A DNA stretch of 64,000 nt, taken from contig NC_068983.1 of NCBI RefSeq assembly GCF_001194135.2, positions 61,051,090-61,115,089 of the forward strand, written 5' to 3'. A model generated the notes under the pieces. That model searched no databases and was not told the origin of the DNA. It saw only the letters and a program-made list of their open reading frames with translations. The translations under genes and the position numbers were made by a program. Positions 12,801 through 24,559 of this stretch are shown here, piece by piece (the first letter of the stretch is position 1; the number at the start of each line of letters is the position of its first letter). The stretch comes from Octopus bimaculoides. Its lineage: Eukaryota.

Positions 12801-14029
12801 GTGCTTAGATATTTAAAATTTTTTTCGTTTCTTTGATTCAGTTGAAACATTCCCGACAGAGACATTGAAATCTGTTCGAAATTTGTGCTCAAAATGTCTT
12901 GCAATATTAAGAAAGCAAACAATAACTAAAGCGTTGTCATATGTTGTTCTACGCATATTGCAACGATGGCCGCATGACTTTAATTTTACGCTTCGTAGTT
13001 TGTATGTCGCAGGTCATCCCGACCACACAGTTGCGAATGCGTTTAGTAAACGGAAACTGATAGCAGCCGACCTATTGACACACAGACAGGCAAACACAAA
13101 CACACAAACACAAACAACTATTTTATATGTATGTAGATATACGTAGTATATATATATGCACATCTATATGTATATATATATAGATAGATGTATTTATATA
13201 TATATATATATATATATNNNNNNNNNNNNNNNNNNNNNNNNNNNNNNNNNNNNNNNNNNNNNNNNNNNNNNNNNNNNNNNNNNNNNNNNNNNNNNNNNNN
13301 NNNNNNNNNNNNNNNNNNNNNNNNNNNNNNNNNNNNNNNNNNNNNNNNNNNNNNNNNNNNNNNNNNNNNNNNNNNNNNNNNNNNNNNNNNNNNNNNNNNN
13401 NNNNNNNNNNNNNNNNNNNNNNNNNNNNNNNNNNNNNNNNNNNNNNNNNNNNNNNNNNNNNNNNNNNNNNNNNNNNNNNNNNNNNNNNNNNNNNNNNNNN
13501 NNNNNNNNNNNNNNNNNNNNNNNNNNNNNNNNNNNNNNNNNNNNNNNNNNNNNNNNNNNNNNNNNNNNNNNNNNNNNNNNNNNNNNNNNNNNNNNNNNNN
13601 NNNNNNNNNNNNNNNNNNNNNNNNNNNNNNNNNNNNNNNNNNNNNNNNNNNNNNNNNNNNNNNNNNNNNNNNNNNNNNNNNNNNNNNNNNNNNNNNNNNN
13701 NNNNNNNNNNNNNNNNNNNNNNNNNNNNNNNNNNNNNNNNNNNNNNNNNNNNNNNNNNNNNNNNNNNNNNNNNNNNNNNNNNNNNNNNNNNNNNNNNNNN
13801 NNNNNNNNNNNNNNNNNNNNNNNNNNNNNNNNNNNNNNNNNNNNNNNNNNNNNNNNNNNNNNNNNNNNNNNNNNNNNNNNNNNNNNNNNNNNNNNNNNNN
13901 NNNNNNNNNNNNNNNNNNNNNNNNNNNNNNNNNNNNNNNNNNNNNNNNNNNNNNNNNNNNNNNNNNNNNNNNNNNNNNNNNNNNNNNNNNNNNNNNNNNN
14001 NNNNNNNNNNNNNNNNNNNNNNNNNNNNC

Positions 14030-14530
14030 ACACACCTCTCACATACACAATACTCACTCACATACATAACACACACGCACGCACGAAAACATACACAATA
14101 TACGCATACACGCACGCACAAAAAATATACACACACGCGCACACGGAAACACACATACAGACACACATAAACACACACACACCCGTACCTAACACTCACA
14201 ATCCCATACACACACGCACATCCACACACATACACACACACGCACACACCCATAAACACACACACACTTCTCACCAACACTACACACTCACACAGACACG
14301 CATACAATCACACACACATGGGCATAAACAAAACACGCACATACAATAGCAAACGCACGCACACACACACACGTACACAGCAACGCACATATACACAACA
14401 TACACATACACACAAACACACACGCACGCACAAAAACATGCACATACACACACGCGCACATACAAAATACACACACACACGTACACGTACCCAACACCTA
14501 CAACCCCACACAAACACGAACACACACATA
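14030..14530. repeat. Cryptic (CA)-rich low-complexity tract between two N gaps
   Basis: Degenerate cacacata/cacacgca units; source of the spurious HT/CV ORFs. Confidence 0.9.
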
Positions 14531-15237
14531 CTCAAAAAACCGCCTGTTGACCTACTNNNNNNNNNNNNNNNNNNNNNNNNNNNNNNNNNNNNNNNNNNNN
14601 NNNNNNNNNNNNNNNNNNNNNNNNNNNNNNNNNNNNNNNNNNNNNNNNNNNNNNNNNNNNNNNNNNNNNNNNNNNNNNNNNNNNNNNNNNNNNNNNNNNN
14701 NNNNNNNNNNNNNNNNNNNNNNNNNNNNNNNNNNNNNNNNNNNNNNNNNNNNNNNNNNNNNNNNNNNNNNNNNNNNNNNNNNNNNNNNNNNNNNNNNNNN
14801 NNNNNNNNNNNNNNNNNNNNNNNNNNNNNNNNNNNNNNNNNNNNNNNNNNNNNNNNNNNNNNNNNNNNNNNNNNNNNNNNNNNNNNNNNNNNNNNNNNNN
14901 NNNNNNNNNNNNNNNNNNNNNNNNNNNNNNNNNNNNNNNNNNNNNNNNNNNNNNNNNNNNNNNNNNNNNNNNNNNNNNNNNNNNNNNNNNNNNNNNNNNN
15001 NNNNNNNNNNNNNNNNNNNNNNNNNNNNNNNNNNNNNNNNNNNNNNNNNNNNNNNNNNNNNNNNNNNNNNNNNNNNNNNNNNNNNNNNNNNNNNNNNNNN
15101 NNNNNNNNNNNNNNNNNNNNNNNNNNNNNNNNNNNNNNNNNNNNNNNNNNNNNNNNNNNNNNNNNNNNNNNNNNNNNNNNNNNNNNNNNNNNNNNNNNNN
15201 NNNNNNNNNNNNNNNNNNNNNNNNNNNATATATATAA

Positions 15238-15420
15238 TAGGCGCAGGAGTGGCTGTGTGGTAAGTAGTTTGCTTACCAACCACATGGTTCCAGGTTCAGT
15301 CCCACTGCGTGGCACCTTGGGCAAGTGTCTTCTACTATATCCTCGAGCCAACCAAAGCCTTGTGAGTGGATTTGATAGACGGAAACTGGAAGAAGCCCGT
15401 TGTATATACGTATATGTATA
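15238..15420 (+). mobile_element. tRNA-derived SINE, family A (5' half)
   Basis: ggcgcaggagtggctgtgtggtaag (A box)...ggttcagtccc (B box)...gcaccttgggcaagtgtcttctactat...ggaaactggaagaagcccgttg. Confidence 0.9.
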
Positions 15421-16089
15421 AAAGTTAAAGATGACTTTTGAAGATGAAGCAAATGTGTTTTGAACAGACACCTTCTCAGCCGAAGACATCTTTTCAAAGC
15501 CGATTGTTTTTCCTCTTGAGTTGAAATCATCTGAGAGCAGAAATTTGTCTGTTGTGAATACTTTCAAAATGGTGTTACTCAGTGGCTGGTAAAATTTATT
15601 TTTCACATCTTCATCGGCATCAAAAACTGGATTATAAACTGAGATGAGTGTAATAAAGCTGTTAGGTAAACGTACACTGAGAGTCGTAAGTCGTTCGTTG
15701 ATGAAATTTAGAATTAGTTTGTAATCTCAACCCTCAAATGATCTTGACGTTAAGAACAAAACCAACTCCTTCCTCTTTCTTTTCCGAAAGAAAGAATAAC
15801 CATAAATGGAGGCTCGAAAGAATCTTTTATTCGAACAATGCTTATCTTGTCTCTTTTAACAGTAAAGAAATTTTTCAAGCACTATTCATAATAACAATAA
15901 TAAATGCACCTTTGCACTTGTAGTGAAGAAGGTGTAGCAAAAGATGTCGTTGAGGTAGCAGATGAAATAGGCATATGAGCGACATCAAAGTAAAACAATG
16001 GGAAAGCATTGGATTGTGGTTTAAATAATTTATTTGTTGTATACACCAAAAATTTGTTGTACACACCAAAAAATTCACTACCTGACATT

Positions 16090-16900
16090 ACCAACTTGCT
16101 TCGAGTTGGTCAAGTTTCCCTGAGAAGAGCAGGAGTAGGGTTGTGTACATTTCTCGGCCTGATCCTTGAACTTTCTGTGGTACCAGCAGACTGAGGGAGC
16201 AAGAAGTGCGCGTGTGCGCGAGAAGGATCGGCGCCTGGTCCTCCTTGCGGAATGATCCCTTGAAGACGAACGGTTCCTACACATGCGTGAAACCTGACTT
16301 CAAGATTTCAGAGGATTGCATGTCATCCGGAGCAGAAGTAGAATCTGGAGAGGAAGATGAAGAAGCGACAAGGTTATCTGCGGAGGTGGAGAGTTGTTCA
16401 AGGGCCGTATGTTCCATCATAGGAACTAAAATCGACTGGACATTAGAAGGCATCCTCGAGAAGAAGAATTGTTTGACAAATGCCTGTTCCTCATATGAGC
16501 TATCGGACAACTCTCGGGTTCATTGCAAAAACTGGGTGGGGTTCGGTTCCCAAGATGCTCATCCTGCAAGAGTGTGCGAAATTTATTCGCAACAGAGAGT
16601 TACGCCGGCGAACCTCAGCTTTGAAGATTTTGTAAGTCATATCCGATGAAGTTCCTGTTATCATATCTCGCACTGAAAGTGCGAGGGGAGAAGGAATGCC
16701 TGTAAGAGCGATATGGAGTTTGCTCTGGTCCGACTGAATGTTAGAAGAAATGAAGAACGATTCCAATTGTGAAAACCACATCTTAGCATCTCCATGATAT
16801 TGATGCAAAGGAAAATTACTCATCTTGGACGATAATAGGAACGGAACGGTACGAAGAATAAGCTGGTTGAAAGAAACACCGTTAGAAATAGCAGCCAAAC
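16090..16900 (-). mobile_element. Ty3/Gypsy LTR retrotransposon gag remnant (frameshifted)
   Basis: Three overlapping minus-strand frames give DAKMWFSQLESFF...KLHIALTGIPSPLALSVRDMI, FVKQFFFSRMPSNVQSIL...LEQLSTSADNL and CWYHRKFKDQAEKCTQPYS. These match the WFxQxExxF, FLxRLPxxV..LAxxAD and CWYHxxFGxxAxKC gag signatures. Confidence 0.85.
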
Positions 16901-17440
16901 ACCCTAGCTGAAAGAAGACACGACGAGCAGCAAACTAAGAAAATTGTTTTTAGTAGCAGAGAATGAGAATAAGAGTCCTTGCTAAACGGATAAAGAACAA
17001 AACATGGCCAACACGTGGATAATCCGGGTGGTTGAGAGGAAGAAATTCGTACATAGCACGTAGGAAAATTTGTTGTCCATGTGAATTCTGGAGAAAATTT
17101 CGGATAATTTTTTTTTTTTTCATGCAAGTAAAAAATTCTCCTGTGACGCTGTATCTTCAAATGACCAAGTTGTAAATTCGATTACAACCCGAGTAAAAAT
17201 GATTGCGGATTCCCGCTTGAAAATGGCACCAAAATTTTCTGGTGAAGAAGACAATATGGCGACGAGAGACATCAGTGGCGTTTCTATATGACGAATGGCG
17301 ATTTGACTGCGTAGCCAAAGTTGTGAAGGAGAAAAGGGAATACGTATCCACTGGTCCGTATTCGCCCCGTGTTCACCATTTTGGAAGTATAGTTCTGTTC
17401 CGCTTCAGGTCACCATTATAGTCGGATAGTTGTCCATGTT

Positions 17441-17450
17441 GGGGTCACCA
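17441..17450 (-). other. Putative primer-binding site of the Gypsy element (TGGTGACCCC)
   Basis: Minus strand reads ...ccatccaaaaTGGTGACCCCaac, about 550 nt upstream of and co-oriented with gag. TGG-starting PBS typical of this Gypsy type. Confidence 0.5.
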
Positions 17451-18653
17451 TTTTGGATGGTGTAGGTTGTTGTTGAGCCACTTAATATGATTCACTCAGA
17501 AAGCTGTGATCTCATTTGGTAGTGGACCCAGATAAAGAACATGTGAACTAGGTTGCAATCTTAAACACGCTTATTGTGGTCACACGTATATACACAACGA
17601 AATGATAAATAGAATGGTTGGTGTACTGAGACCATGGTCTTCTGTGCCTTGCTCCTGTCTGCAAACTGGCCTGTTGTATAAGAGAGAGCCAGTCTAGTTA
17701 CGTCCTCACAGCTCGTGTGTCAGTGCAGAAAAGAAAAAAAGATGAGTATTTGAACCTTAATGTTGCGTAACGTCACCTATATCTGGCCAGTTTGCTTGAC
17801 TCACTGTCAAGGGGGGCAACTGCGCCTACAGAAGCCCCTGTCGTTCCTGCCAGTATCAACTGGCAACAGTACTAACAGTTTCAGTCTCACCGGTCTTGGA
17901 GAGCCTGCAGTTATTATCGACACTGTTCTTGCCTTCAGACCAAGCAAGTAAAATAAAATAAAATATGAAAATATAAATTTTTCAAGAATTGGTTAAGTTG
18001 TTGAATGAAATATCAAGAGGAAAAAGTAATACTGAGCGCGTTGGTTTGTTTGCAGTGGATCTTATTACCGGGGAGGGCCACATACTGCCGTTTCAGGACC
18101 ATACTCTGCGGCACGCAAAATGAGACGCAATACCAAATAATAAAATTGAAACGGACTGTCGCCTACGTCAGTTCAACTGGCATTGCCTTCCTCTGCCGTT
18201 CAAACGTGATTGAGATCAAACATTGTTGTTGTCGATCCGCTTGCTCCGCTGTCGAGGTTTTGAACGTGTTCAGTCTGCGTTGCCGTTTTCGACCATAACG
18301 CCATGAGCGTCCCAATTAGGAGTACTAAACTTCCGACGACAACAATCTCAAAATCATTGAACCACGTAAGCCCCCCCACCACCACCACCACGACAAGAAA
18401 CGAAAATAAATTGACAATAAAAAAATATTTATTACTCAAAATACCGACACAGTCCCTCACTCGCTTGAGCATTATAATAAAGAATAATGACATTTCCATC
18501 CAAAAATGTTTAAGACAACCTAGAGCATTCACATTACTGTGTTGAGGGACTGAAAATCCCAAGTACAATGAAGAATATTATATGATATTTCGGGAAGATA
18601 AGATTTCCACAATTACTTGTCAACGACCCGGCTTTTCTCAAGAAAACTAAAGG

Positions 18654-18756
18654 CACTAGCGTAGCTAGAGTGTGTGACGCCGGGGTAGACCTTCCGTTTG
18701 TCGACAGCAGACCCAAAAGTACCGCGCCCTACTGCCCTCTCCTAGCTACGCTAGTG
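18654..18756. mobile_element. 103-bp hAT-type MITE
   Basis: Perfect 15-bp TIRs cactagcgtagctag / ctagctacgctagtg, flanked by an 8-bp near-TSD actaaagg / actaaaag. Confidence 0.8.
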
Positions 18757-19453
18757 ACTAAAAGTGCATGTGAAGCAGGAGCGTATATTACGGGTGTGCT
18801 AAGTGTGCGCTGCACACCCAGCAAAAGTGGCAAATTCATTATAACTATTAACTTTAATCACTAATCTTAATAGAAATTTTTTGTTGTATTCCTTGCTTGA
18901 AATTTGGTGGCAGCACACCCAATACAACATACACCATACACAATATGTGAAGTGACCGAGGATTGAAACTGGGATGCATAATTAACTTACTAACAATTAA
19001 TTTCTATACTATATTTTATGCCTTAAATGTATAAATAACATCCTATCTATCTGCTTGAGTTGTTTGTATCTACTTACAGCTGACATTAACCTGTAAATAA
19101 GCTGATAACTTTTATCAACTGTCAGATACTATACTTATTTTTAACATGGAGAGCATCACGTATGGAATAATTTTTATTTTTATACTTAGATAATTTACAA
19201 ATGATATTTTTACTTATTAAGATAAAAAAAAATCAATGTTTCTGTATTTCACATAAGTGTTTATTTGCAATTATCATGTAATCAATAAAAATACTGGTAA
19301 CAATTGCTTTATATAGGCCTGTGGTGCATCATGTAAGTTAGTATATATATATATATATATATACATACAGTTCCTTTTGTCACATGGTTTTAGTTTCGGT
19401 GTTCAGCGTAAGTTCTATTTGTCGCAATTCGGCTTCTTTAACAGTTGTTGACA

Positions 19454-20620
19454 ATGTATGTGAAAATAATAACCATTCTAATCTTTGTGACTGTTGTCTC
19501 AGGCTTCGTTTTAAAGCCGTTTGATGGCAAATGTGTTACGGATGCTTATCCACCAAAATCTTCCACTGCTGTCCCGAACCTGACTATCAACTTAGATCTG
19601 CCTGCTCACGACCGATGGAAAGAAGTAGCTATAAAGTACAAAGATTCTATGAAAAATCTCATCGGAGTTCTCAAGAAACTGGTGGGAAGCGTACCTGTTG
19701 CGGGAGACCTAATCATCAGAGTTATTGATAATAATTTTGAGAAAATTATTCCCACACTTCCTGCTCCTTATGCTGATGAAATGATTGGGTTGGCCGACTA
19801 CTCTGGTATCAACCGTGGCGAGATACTCTTATATAACATCTTCTACGAAATATTTACAGTATGCACATCGATCATTGCTGAAGACAAAAATGGTGAGTTG
19901 TTTCATGCTCGAAATCTTGACTTCGGTTTATTAATGGGGTGGGACCTTAAAAACAACGATTGGGCCATTACAGAGGCCCTTCGGCCCATGATTATGAACT
20001 TGGATTTTCAGAAGAACAACAAAACTGTTTTTAAATCTGTAAACTTTGCTGGTTACATCGGAGTCCTGAGCGGTGTAAAACCAGGTGTCATTTCACTCAC
20101 TTTAAACGAAAGATTCAAACTTAAAGGTGGCTTTATTGGAATAATTCAGTGGCTGCTGGGTCAAAGGACAGCTAAATGGTCAGGTTTTTTAACGAGGGAC
20201 ACCCTTACGTCTGCAACTTCCTATCAAATGGCTAAAAAGGAGCTTTCCCAGACGGAACTACTAGCACCCGTATATTTCATCTTAGGTGGAACAAAGTCTA
20301 AAGAAGGATGTGTTATCACAAGATCCCTAAACAAGTCTGATAATATATGGGAAATGTCTGCAGCGAATGGTTGGTACATACTGGAGACAAATTACGATCA
20401 CTGGTTGCCTCCACTGATTATCGATGATCGCCGAACCCCAGCAACGTTCTGTATGAATAAACTCACTCAAAATAACCTTACAATGGCTGGAATTTACAAC
20501 GTACTCAGTACAAAACCAGTACTTAACAAACTTACAACATACACTGCATTAATGCACGCAAAAAGTGGATTCTTAGAAACACACATCCAAAAGTGTACTG
20601 ATCCTTGCTGGCCTTGGTAA
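19454..20620 (+). CDS. ASAH1: Acid ceramidase (N-acylsphingosine amidohydrolase, Ntn-hydrolase family), single-exon CDS, 388 aa
   Basis: Uninterrupted ORF with an N-terminal signal peptide (MYVKIITILIFVTVVSG), INLDLPAHDRW, the autocleavage nucleophile FTV|CTSIIAED (TGC 19862-19864), HARNLDFG, LNERF, ETNYDHW, DDRR and the C-terminal CTDPCWPW. First ATG at 19454; the track's TTG start at 19445 is not preferred. Confidence 0.96.
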   Translation: MYVKIITILIFVTVVSGFVLKPFDGKCVTDAYPPKSSTAVPNLTINLDLPAHDRWKEVAIKYKDSMKNLIGVLKKLVGSVPVAGDLIIRVIDNNFEKIIPTLPAPYADEMIGLADYSGINRGEILLYNIFYEIFTVCTSIIAEDKNGELFHARNLDFGLLMGWDLKNNDWAITEALRPMIMNLDFQKNNKTVFKSVNFAGYIGVLSGVKPGVISLTLNERFKLKGGFIGIIQWLLGQRTAKWSGFLTRDTLTSATSYQMAKKELSQTELLAPVYFILGGTKSKEGCVITRSLNKSDNIWEMSAANGWYILETNYDHWLPPLIIDDRRTPATFCMNKLTQNNLTMAGIYNVLSTKPVLNKLTTYTALMHAKSGFLETHIQKCTDPCWPW

Positions 20621-20845
20621 CAAAAACAATATTTTAACTAATATTTTTATAAAAATGAAATTCTAGTATTACTGCTTTCTTTTTGTGATGATACTATTTT
20701 ATTTTCCATAAACTCTAAACTGTCACAGCTGAGTGTCTTGACATTTTAATTTTATTTTCTAATTTCTCTTGCTTTATTTGGAATTTTTTTTATTCTAAAT
20801 GTTTGGTACTTTTGTAAAAACTTTCAAATAGCAAGTTATTTTTGT

Positions 20846-20851
20846 AATAAA
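20846..20851 (+). terminator. Candidate polyadenylation signal for ASAH1
   Basis: AATAAA about 225 nt after the stop, in a U-rich 3' region. Confidence 0.4.
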
Positions 20852-21132
20852 TATTTTGTATATCATTAAATCTAGATGTCATTTTATTGTAAACTACTTA
20901 ACACAAACCACAACTAACCTCACCACCTGACTGAAAGAGTTTGGGCGTGGTGTGTTTGTTTATTTGCTTTGTTTCTTTTAATGACGATAGTGGAGTTTCC
21001 AAATTATCCTGTGAAATTATGCAGCTATGTGAATAAACCATTTTTAAGCGAATATTAATTGAATATGTCTTTTTTTAACATTTTTTATATTATCACGAGT
21101 TGACATCTGTATTGTCTCATATTCACTTGGGT

Positions 21133-21345
21133 AAGACGGCGAGCTGGCAGAAACGTTAGCACGCCAGGCGAAATGCTTTGCGGTATTTCGTCTGCCGTTA
21201 CGTTCTGAGTTCAAATTCCGCCGAGGTCGACTTTGCCTTTCATCCTTTCGGGGTCGATAAATTAAGTACCAGTTGCGTACTGGAGTCGATCTAAATGACT
21301 GCCCCTCTCTCCAAAAATTTCGGGCCTTGTACCTCGAGTAGAAAA
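21133..21345 (+). mobile_element. tRNA-derived SINE, family B
   Basis: aagacggcgagctggcagaaacgttagc...ctgagttcaaattccgccgaggtcgactttgcctttcatcctttcggggtcgataaattaagtaccag; homologous to 34265-34497. Confidence 0.9.
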
Positions 21346-22279
21346 GAATATTCACTTGGGCACACAGGCGAGATTAATTTGACGATATTTTGTGGGGAAA
21401 AAGATAATAAAAGGTGGGAATATTTAATCACAATGTATGTTACTCTAAGTTAAGGTGCAAAACTGCGCTACCGTAACGAAGGATGCTATTATAACTCGTT
21501 CACTGTTTGGCATCAAACGTTTTCAAGAACCTTTATCATGATACTGTGTTTTTACCGATATTTCTACTGTATGAAGACAAAAAAATAATACTTAATTTCA
21601 CCAAACACCTTAAAGTATCGGACTTCAGACTTGAGTTTCATTACGCTTCGTAACCATGGGAGACCGGTATTTATTTACTTACCGGTCCCGTTATTATGAG
21701 TTTGTTGTCTTTTAGAGCCAGGTCATCTCCGATAATCAAAGGCGCTCCAATCGTGACTACTCTGTCTTTCTGTATATAAAACTGCATAATCTAGTGTGTC
21801 CTCCCATTTTTAAGTTGGTAGGATGTTGAAGGAATTTTGGTTGCTATTTCTACCCGTTCGAATGACTGCGTAGATGTCGTCTCGTTGTCTCGTAATTGTT
21901 ATACATAGATCCAGCTTAAGTCTCTTATCAACAAATGTTTAGTTAACTAACTACTATTTTGCTTACCTGTACACAATTTTCATAGCCTTTTGCTCAATGT
22001 TTCTCTTTCTGATTGAAACCAGTTGTATTTTACTTCTTGTTAAGAAAGCTATATCTATTCGTTAATCCTACTTTTATTTGAAAGCTTTCAACTACTGATT
22101 ACATCACTTAAAATAAACTTTTTCGTTTAAAAAACAAAATTATTCAAACAGGCTAATTTTCAAGGTTTTATCCAAATTCTCACATACTATTCCATCCAAC
22201 GTTCTTTTTTCTTTCTTTTTTTTTTTTTAGATATTTGAGTAGGCTAATGACCCCTACCTTGAGAAGAAAAGTAAAATTC

Positions 22280-22499
22280 AAGAGGAGGTGCTGAAAAGTT
22301 CCAGGTTTTGGGTAAAAGAAAATACGGGAGGAGCAGCTAATTATGATTTTATTCAAGATATTTTCCTCTCAGATTCACAAACTTATTGCAGTGGTCCTTC
22401 AGTTCTTCTAAGCCCCATAAAAGAACTCGGAAGGTTAGGCCTCCAACCAGGCTTTTAGTGATACTTTTAAAGCCAGGAACTTTTCAGCATCCCGTCATA
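22280..22499 (-). mobile_element. ~220-bp mariner-derived MITE (deletion derivative of the 8678-9854 family)
   Basis: TIRs ggtgctgaaaagttcc / ggaacttttcagcatccc. The first ~100 nt align with the reverse complement of 9760-9854. Confidence 0.85.
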
Positions 22500-22869
22500 T
22501 ATAACTCTTCGTTTTTGTATTTGATTTGCTAGATTCTTGATGTGAATTTGTGTGTTGAAGCAAATCTTGTGTCTGGGGAGGGTCATTATGCCAATGAAAA
22601 TTAAAATAAGCACATGAACTGTTTCAATACCACTTCTTTATTTTACCTACCAACTATTCCATTGAATAGTTTAGTTGGTAAAATAGTGATATTGAACCAG
22701 TGCATGTGATTATATAACTCTTAAGGCACAAAGCTAGTAATTTTGAGGGAAAGGTGTAGTCAGTACTATTATCTCCAGAACTAGCCCCCTGGGGGATGAC
22801 AGGCCAAGCTAATTTCAGCAGGATTTAAACTCAGAAAATAAATAGCAGGAACAAATACCAGACTGTATT

Positions 22870-23260
22870 TTCTCCAGCATGCTTAAAATTCTTGTGGATT
22901 CATGTAATGAAATTTGTAATGCTTTTGGTCCTGATCTATCTTCTAAATTGGATTCACTCTCTTGTCATCGTGTGGTTTCCTTGTCTCTTTTCTATAAGTA
23001 TTTTCATGGACATTGTTCTACTGAGCTCTCTTCTCTGGTTCCTCCTTTAAGAACTTATCAGTGATCAACTAGACTTGCATCCAGTTCTCATTAGTATGCT
23101 GTGCAACCTCCTAAGTGTCATAAAGCACTTTACAGTACCAGTTTCTTCCCTCACACCTCTGAACTTTGGAATTCCCTTCCACAGTCTTGATTTCCTCATC
23201 TATATGACCTCCAGTCTTTTATGTCTAATGTGCATCGTCACCTATTGACTTCTGTCTAGT
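22870..23260 (+). mobile_element. Non-LTR retrotransposon (CR1/Jockey-type) ORF2 C-terminal remnant
   Basis: HRVVSLSLFYKYFHGHCSTELSSLVPP...STSFFPHTSELWNSLP...YDLQSF matches the post-RT SLxxFYxY.HG.CS..SFFPRT..LWN.LP signature. Confidence 0.7.
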
Positions 23261-23325
23261 GTCTGTTTTATTCTAGTAGCTCTTACGTTTTCAGTGGTCT
23301 AAGGACCTTGTAACGAGTAAGTGCT

Positions 23326-23555
23326 TTAACCCTTTTGATACCAACCTGCCTGAAACTGCTTCTGGCACTGTAGTGCAAATGTCTTGTTTTCAAAAGTTCT
23401 GAATTAAAAATTTCCACCAAACCTTAGTCACAATTTATGTTCCTAACACTAGCTTAATGATAACTAAGTTACTTTACCAAATTCTTTCTTATATTTAAAA
23501 TTAATTGAAAGACACACAGAGCATCTCAACAGAAATATGGTAAGAAAAGTGTTAA
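23326..23555. mobile_element. piggyBac-type MITE (230 bp, TTAA-flanked)
   Basis: TTAA|cccttttgatacc ... ggtaagaaaagtg|TTAA, imperfect TIRs. Confidence 0.7.
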
Positions 23556-23904
23556 AGAAAGAAAAAGACATTTATATTCTTAGTGCAAATAGATTTTTAA
23601 AAAAGATTGGAATAAAGGGAATTACAATTTTATTTTTATATAAAATAGTATATTTTATTCCTGGTATTAATGAATGAGAAGGATATCAGTATTTGGTTAC
23701 CTTTTAGAATAAATTCAAAAGAAAAAACAAATAATTTCAAATATTCAACAAATCATTATTTTCCAAAAACTATATTTAATAATTGAAAAGTACTAATGAC
23801 TGCCATATACTTCATAAAATTTTGCTGATGTAAAAATATCAACTTCAATATTCAACAAAAAGAGCCTCCAGTTTCTTCTTTTAAATAAGTGTTATGTGTA
23901 TATC

Positions 23905-24095
23905 TTTGTGTTTGCTTCCTACACCACTTGACAACCAGTGTCTATGTCCTTATAACTTAGTGATTCAGCTAAAAAGACTAATAGAATCAGCACAAGGCTT
24001 AAAAACCAAGTGTGGAGTCAACTTTTTCAACTATACTCTTCAAGTTGGTACCCCAGCATGGTCACAGTCAATTGACTGAAACAAGTAAGAGTAAA
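23905..24095 (+). mobile_element. SINE family A, 3' half
   Basis: ccacttgacaaccagtgtc...atagaatcagcacaaggctt...ccccagcatggtcacagtc...gactgaaacaagtaagag. Confidence 0.7.
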
Positions 24096-24559
24096 CAACT
24101 ATGTATTCAGGTTAACTATTAAAGTTGTATGCACTTCTATTGTACTACATAAACAGGAACTAATAATTCTGCTTGTCATTATGTTACGTAGCCCATTGAG
24201 AAATTGAGAATGCTTTCACATGATAAGAGAAAAATGGTGCGAGAAGCATCCATGATGTGAGGTAGAGGGAATGTAATTGTAATGCTATCACGTCATTACA
24301 TGAACGGAAAGAGAAAGAAAGAAGTGTCCATGTCATGTGGTAGGGCGAACATAATATTCACGTGGATAAAAAAAGTTAGTTGAAGGTAGTGATATGGAGG
24401 AGAGTCAGGAATATAATTTTGGAGCAGTGAAATTCTGATGGTGAGATTAAAGAAAGGTAGAGAGAGAGAGAGAGAGATGATGGTAGTGGTGGAGATGGTG
24501 AGTGCATAGTGAAAAGTATTTTTTTTTTAATTGAACTAAGTTTTTCATATCATTTATCA

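Noticed and set aside
1048-15606. Many long ORFs in the track rich in HT/CV/YI dipeptides or X
   Set aside because: They are translations of (CA)n/(TA)n microsatellites and N gaps, not genes.
16206-16649. 147-aa plus-strand ORF
   Set aside because: Antisense shadow of the Gypsy gag remnant; no recognisable motifs.
17373-17460. Regularly spaced short repeats with unique spacers (CRISPR-like spacing)
   Set aside because: Only three short degenerate units, in eukaryotic retroelement context, with no cas genes.
19445-19453. TTG start proposed by the ORF track for the ceramidase
   Set aside because: This is a eukaryotic gene; the ATG at 19454 begins a normal signal peptide and the TTG directly follows a likely splice acceptor.
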